Positions 60,909-64,000 of a DNA stretch of 64,000 bases are shown here, piece after piece (positions within the stretch are counted from its first letter, which is position 1; every line of letters starts with the position of its first letter). The position numbers and the translations under genes were made by a program. Source of the stretch: Patescibacteria group bacterium (lineage in GTDB: Bacteria > Patescibacteriota > Patescibacteriia > Patescibacteriales > UBA12075); contig JAHILH010000003.1 in the NCBI GenBank assembly GCA_018897195.1, forward strand, positions 431-64,430, written 5' to 3'. The notes beneath the pieces were generated by a model that did no database searches, was not told the DNA's origin, and saw only the letters and a list, made by a program, of their open reading frames with translations.

Positions 60909-63302
60909 ATGAAAATGTTTAAAAATAAAAAATTAATAACATCTCTACTGATTTTGTTTTTTTTGGTTGTGCCGATTAGTTTTGTTTCCGCGGATGCGGC
61001 AGAAATAGCGGGTAATGTTGGAACTGGGTTGTCAGAAGGTGTTGGCGCAGCCGTATCTGTTGTGATTGGAATAATTGCTCTTATTATAACGTCAGTATTG
61101 GGACTAATATCCACTCTGTTGATAAAAATAATTGTCAACGTTGCCCAGTTTAATAACATTATAAATGTGGAAGTAGTACGAGTTGGCTGGGTAATAGTGC
61201 GTGATCTTTGTAATATGTTTTTTGTTCTAATATTTTTAGTAATCGCGTTTGCAACAATTTTACGGGTTGAAAGCTACAATTTTAAAAAAATGTTGCCTAA
61301 ACTATTAATGTATGCTGTTTTAATAAATTTTTCTCGGACTATTTTTGGATTAATTATTGATGCCTCGACGATTGTGATGCTTACTTTTGTGAACGGGTTT
61401 GCAAATGCCCCAGGACAATTTGTTGATTTGATGAATATGTCAAAAATTGGACAAATATGGGATGCAACAAGTACCGGTGAAGGATTTAATACGTGGGCTA
61501 TAGCGGTCGGGATAATTGCTGGTGTATTTGCGTCGGTGATGACTGTGGTGGTTTTAGCAGTTATTCTAGCAGTATTAGCAATGAGAGTAGTAATGCTGTG
61601 GATATATACCGTTCTTTCTCCCTTGGCTTTTTTAGGTTTTGGCTTTGATCCTCTCAAAAAGTTTACTCAAGAAATTTGGGAAGACTTTATTAAAACGGTT
61701 ATTGTTGGACCGGTTTTAGCTTTTTTTATTTATTTAGCATTTAAGGTTAACGCTTCGGTTGATAGTCTTAATATAATGGCTGCTAAAAATGGTGATCAGG
61801 TTTGCGCCGGCGCAAACGCTTTATTTTGCGAAGGAAATTTTCAAAAATACATTATCGTAATCGCCATGCTGATGGGCGGCTTAAAGGTGTCACAGAAGAT
61901 TGGCGGTGAAGTATCTAAGATTGCCGGCAAGACGGAGAATTGGACAAAGGGGAAGATTAAATCGGCTGGTAATAAGTCCGGTGCGGCTGCATGGGGCGGT
62001 GTTAAGACTGGTGGTGGTATAGCGATGGGCGGTCTTAAAGCGGCGGATGCAACTTGGAATAAAGGTCGCGGAGCATCCGTGGTTGGTATGGTGCAGGATA
62101 GATACAAGTCCGCAGCTAAGGGCGCAGTGGCTGGTGGTGCCGTTGGCGCCATTGGTGGTTTTGGCGGCGCAGCTCTTGGTGGCCTGGTTGGAGGGGTTGC
62201 TGGGGCGTTTAGTAAAAATGCTGGTGATCATTTTGACAATAAGAGAAAATTGCGAGAGGCGCAGGGTAAAATCACTACAGATGCAAAGGGGACTTGGTTT
62301 TCTCAAAATGGAATTGATTACATGAAAGACACAAGGGATGGCAAATTTAAGCAAGCTGACAAGAAGGCTGGCGTTATTACAGATTCTGATGCGTTAAAAA
62401 TTGGTAAAATGGATTTAGAGGACACAACCGATAAGCAAAAAATGTTCTCCGCACATTATCGTTCAGCAACTAACAAGGGCAAGGCTTCAAGAGAGGTGGC
62501 AGAGAAGGAAGGCGTTGACAAAACAATGAAAAATTATAATGGTATATCACCGGAAGATTTAAAGAGATTGTTTGATACTGAGACAGACAGAGAGAAGGCA
62601 AAGGCGTTGGCGATGCTTTTGAAGGGTAAATTTAAAGATGGCGAGCATGCGCAAGTAAACAAGGCTAAAGATCTTTTGTCTGGCAATGAATTGATGAATA
62701 AGGATTTTTCTGAGGCGATGATGAAGAATAATGCATATTTGTATAATACAAGAGCTGATGGTAGTGTGGATACAAAATCAATTGAAAAAGCCTTTTCCGA
62801 GGGTAGGATTAAATTGGAGGAACAAGGCTTGTCAAATTTGAATGCTGATTCCATGAAGACATTTGCGAAGATTCTTGGTGATAAATTTGAAGCAGCAGCT
62901 GGTAAGATGGTAAAAAATACAGCCGATGCTGATAAATTTAAAAAGATTTTTGAAGATGGAGTTGCTGGTGGCAAAATAAAAGATTTCAAAGATGACGACC
63001 TGGCTATTAGAAGGGCATTCTCTAAGGTTACGGGCGATCTTCATACTGGATTCCAAGATACTAGCGGCGCTGGTCTAGGTGTTGGTGAGTTGAATAATTT
63101 TGTAAAAGACATGAGCGTTAAAGATTTTGGCAAGGTTAGCGATGAGGCTTTGTGGAATCAAGGAGTCCAGGATGCCATCCGTGGTGTTTCTGCTGAGATG
63201 ATAAAGAAAGTTTCCAAGAGCAATGATTTAACTGATAGACGAATTAAGAATGTTGAAAATATTGCTGGTCAAGCCAAAGGAGTTTTAACAGTTATTACGT
63301 AA
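60909..63302 (+). CDS. VirB6/TrbL-like polytopic membrane protein with Gly-rich linker and ~400-aa Lys/Asp/Glu-rich C-terminal domain
   Basis: 797 aa. Signal peptide, about 6-7 TM helices in aa 40-330, a Gly-rich stretch GGVKTGGGIAMGG...GAVAGGAVGAIGGFGGAALGGLVGGVAGAF as in TrbL C-termini, then a soluble charged domain. Confidence 0.5.
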   Translation: MKMFKNKKLITSLLILFFLVVPISFVSADAAEIAGNVGTGLSEGVGAAVSVVIGIIALIITSVLGLISTLLIKIIVNVAQFNNIINVEVVRVGWVIVRDLCNMFFVLIFLVIAFATILRVESYNFKKMLPKLLMYAVLINFSRTIFGLIIDASTIVMLTFVNGFANAPGQFVDLMNMSKIGQIWDATSTGEGFNTWAIAVGIIAGVFASVMTVVVLAVILAVLAMRVVMLWIYTVLSPLAFLGFGFDPLKKFTQEIWEDFIKTVIVGPVLAFFIYLAFKVNASVDSLNIMAAKNGDQVCAGANALFCEGNFQKYIIVIAMLMGGLKVSQKIGGEVSKIAGKTENWTKGKIKSAGNKSGAAAWGGVKTGGGIAMGGLKAADATWNKGRGASVVGMVQDRYKSAAKGAVAGGAVGAIGGFGGAALGGLVGGVAGAFSKNAGDHFDNKRKLREAQGKITTDAKGTWFSQNGIDYMKDTRDGKFKQADKKAGVITDSDALKIGKMDLEDTTDKQKMFSAHYRSATNKGKASREVAEKEGVDKTMKNYNGISPEDLKRLFDTETDREKAKALAMLLKGKFKDGEHAQVNKAKDLLSGNELMNKDFSEAMMKNNAYLYNTRADGSVDTKSIEKAFSEGRIKLEEQGLSNLNADSMKTFAKILGDKFEAAAGKMVKNTADADKFKKIFEDGVAGGKIKDFKDDDLAIRRAFSKVTGDLHTGFQDTSGAGLGVGELNNFVKDMSVKDFGKVSDEALWNQGVQDAIRGVSAEMIKKVSKSNDLTDRRIKNVENIAGQAKGVLTVIT

Positions 63303-63313
63303 AGAAATAAATA

Positions 63314-64000
63314 ATGCTAGAAGATATTAACAAACAAGAAGAAATAAAAACGGCAATCGAGAATTTTTCTGGGTATATGCTTGGTTTTTTGGATATATAT
63401 TCAGAGGATGCACGGGTTGTATTGGAGGATTATAATGACCTGCTTATTTTAATGTTGACTCAAGAGCAAGGACTAAAGAAGTCTCTAGAACAAGCTCTTT
63501 TAATTAATCAAGAAAAAATTGCCCATTTGGCTGTTATCGATTGGCTCAAGGATTTTATTTCTCAAAAAGGATCAGCTATGTTTAATGATATAATCTTGAC
63601 CGATTATATAGCGCACTCAGTTAATTGTCAGAAATTAAATGACGAAAATCGACGCTTAGTGCGAAAACTTTTGATTCTTTATCGTAATTTAAAGTTCTTT
63701 CCAGCAAGCATGCCCAATGACTCTGGGGCGGATTGGGAAATTATTCCAATCGATGACAAGGTGCGTGAGTTTAGTCGTGATGCGCTTAGTGCGCCAAAGA
63801 CGGCGGAGGAGAAGAATATTGATGTTTTACAGGCGCAGAGTGATGAGTATGGCGCTGATAGCTTGGAGAAGAAAGTGATTGAGGAGGAGATTAGCAATGA
63901 AAAGAAAATCGAGGGGCTTAGGATTATGGCGAATCGCTATCCAGAAGGAAGTTTGGAGTGGCGGGCACTCATGGATGAGGTTAAGAAAATGCAAGTTTAA
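63314..64000 (+). CDS. Hypothetical soluble protein (stop codon is the last triplet of the window)
   Basis: 228 aa. Starts 11 nt after the TrbL-like gene. No recognised motif. Confidence 0.45.
   Translation: MLEDINKQEEIKTAIENFSGYMLGFLDIYSEDARVVLEDYNDLLILMLTQEQGLKKSLEQALLINQEKIAHLAVIDWLKDFISQKGSAMFNDIILTDYIAHSVNCQKLNDENRRLVRKLLILYRNLKFFPASMPNDSGADWEIIPIDDKVREFSRDALSAPKTAEEKNIDVLQAQSDEYGADSLEKKVIEEEISNEKKIEGLRIMANRYPEGSLEWRALMDEVKKMQV

Noticed and set aside
1-64000. Alternative genetic code (UGA recoding as in Gracilibacteria/Absconditabacteria)
   Set aside because: Conserved genes (fusA, tuf, leuS, aspS, secY, r-proteins) are full length under the standard code. I see no in-frame UGA interruptions.
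1-64000. Search for CRISPR arrays, cas genes, reverse transcriptase/DGR, integrases, transposases, prophage, tRNA/rRNA genes
   Set aside because: None found. All repeats seen are short palindromic intergenic elements. No ORF shows RT (YxDD), integrase (R..HxxR..Y) or DDE signatures that I could recognise. The intergenic regions are too short or lack tRNA cloverleaf features.

Overview
AT-rich bacterial chromosomal segment, annotated by hand from the ORF track and by reading the intergenic DNA. The core (22.2-39.2 kb) is a str/S10/spc ribosomal super-operon: rpsL-rpsG-fusA-[acidic ORF]-tuf-rpsJ, a 356-bp structured gap, then rplC through rplO and secY. There is no L30 gene between rpsE and rplO. 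No Shine-Dalgarno sequence precedes any of these genes. Several r-proteins carry Lys/Glu-rich extensions. Together with a TrbC/VirB2-like mini-pilin, GH130 phosphorylases, thrombospondin-type-3-like Ca-binding motifs and a giant Cys-rich surface protein, this suggests (by inference only) a Candidate Phyla Radiation / Patescibacteria (Parcubacteria-like) genome. The left third (0-21 kb) holds a MgtA-like P-type ATPase, exonuclease III, a glycan-handling set (two GH130, a GT4 fused to an alpha/alpha-toroid domain, a six-hairpin glycosidase), an ABC-2 exporter, an MFS protein, flavodoxin, an aminotransferase fused to a degenerate MurF-like domain, and a UvrD helicase with a nested DEDDh exonuclease. 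The right third holds a MacB/FtsX-type ABC pair, a T-box-controlled aspS, leuS and rsmA. It ends (49.9-64 kb) with an uncharacterised envelope locus: a TSP3-motif membrane protein, a 2599-aa giant protein, an N-terminally extended UbiA-family enzyme, a small membrane protein, a VirB6/TrbL-like protein and one more hypothetical. I consider this locus the best candidate for a new system. The non-coding DNA is unusually rich. It contains a promoter-to-terminator structured RNA between rpsJ and rplC, a two-hairpin intercistronic module in five copies with compensatory substitutions, three palindromic repeat/MITE-like families, and a T-box with an apparently very short Stem I. No rRNA, tRNA, CRISPR array, integrase or transposase was seen. 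All folds, motif matches and family assignments are by eye and need computational confirmation.
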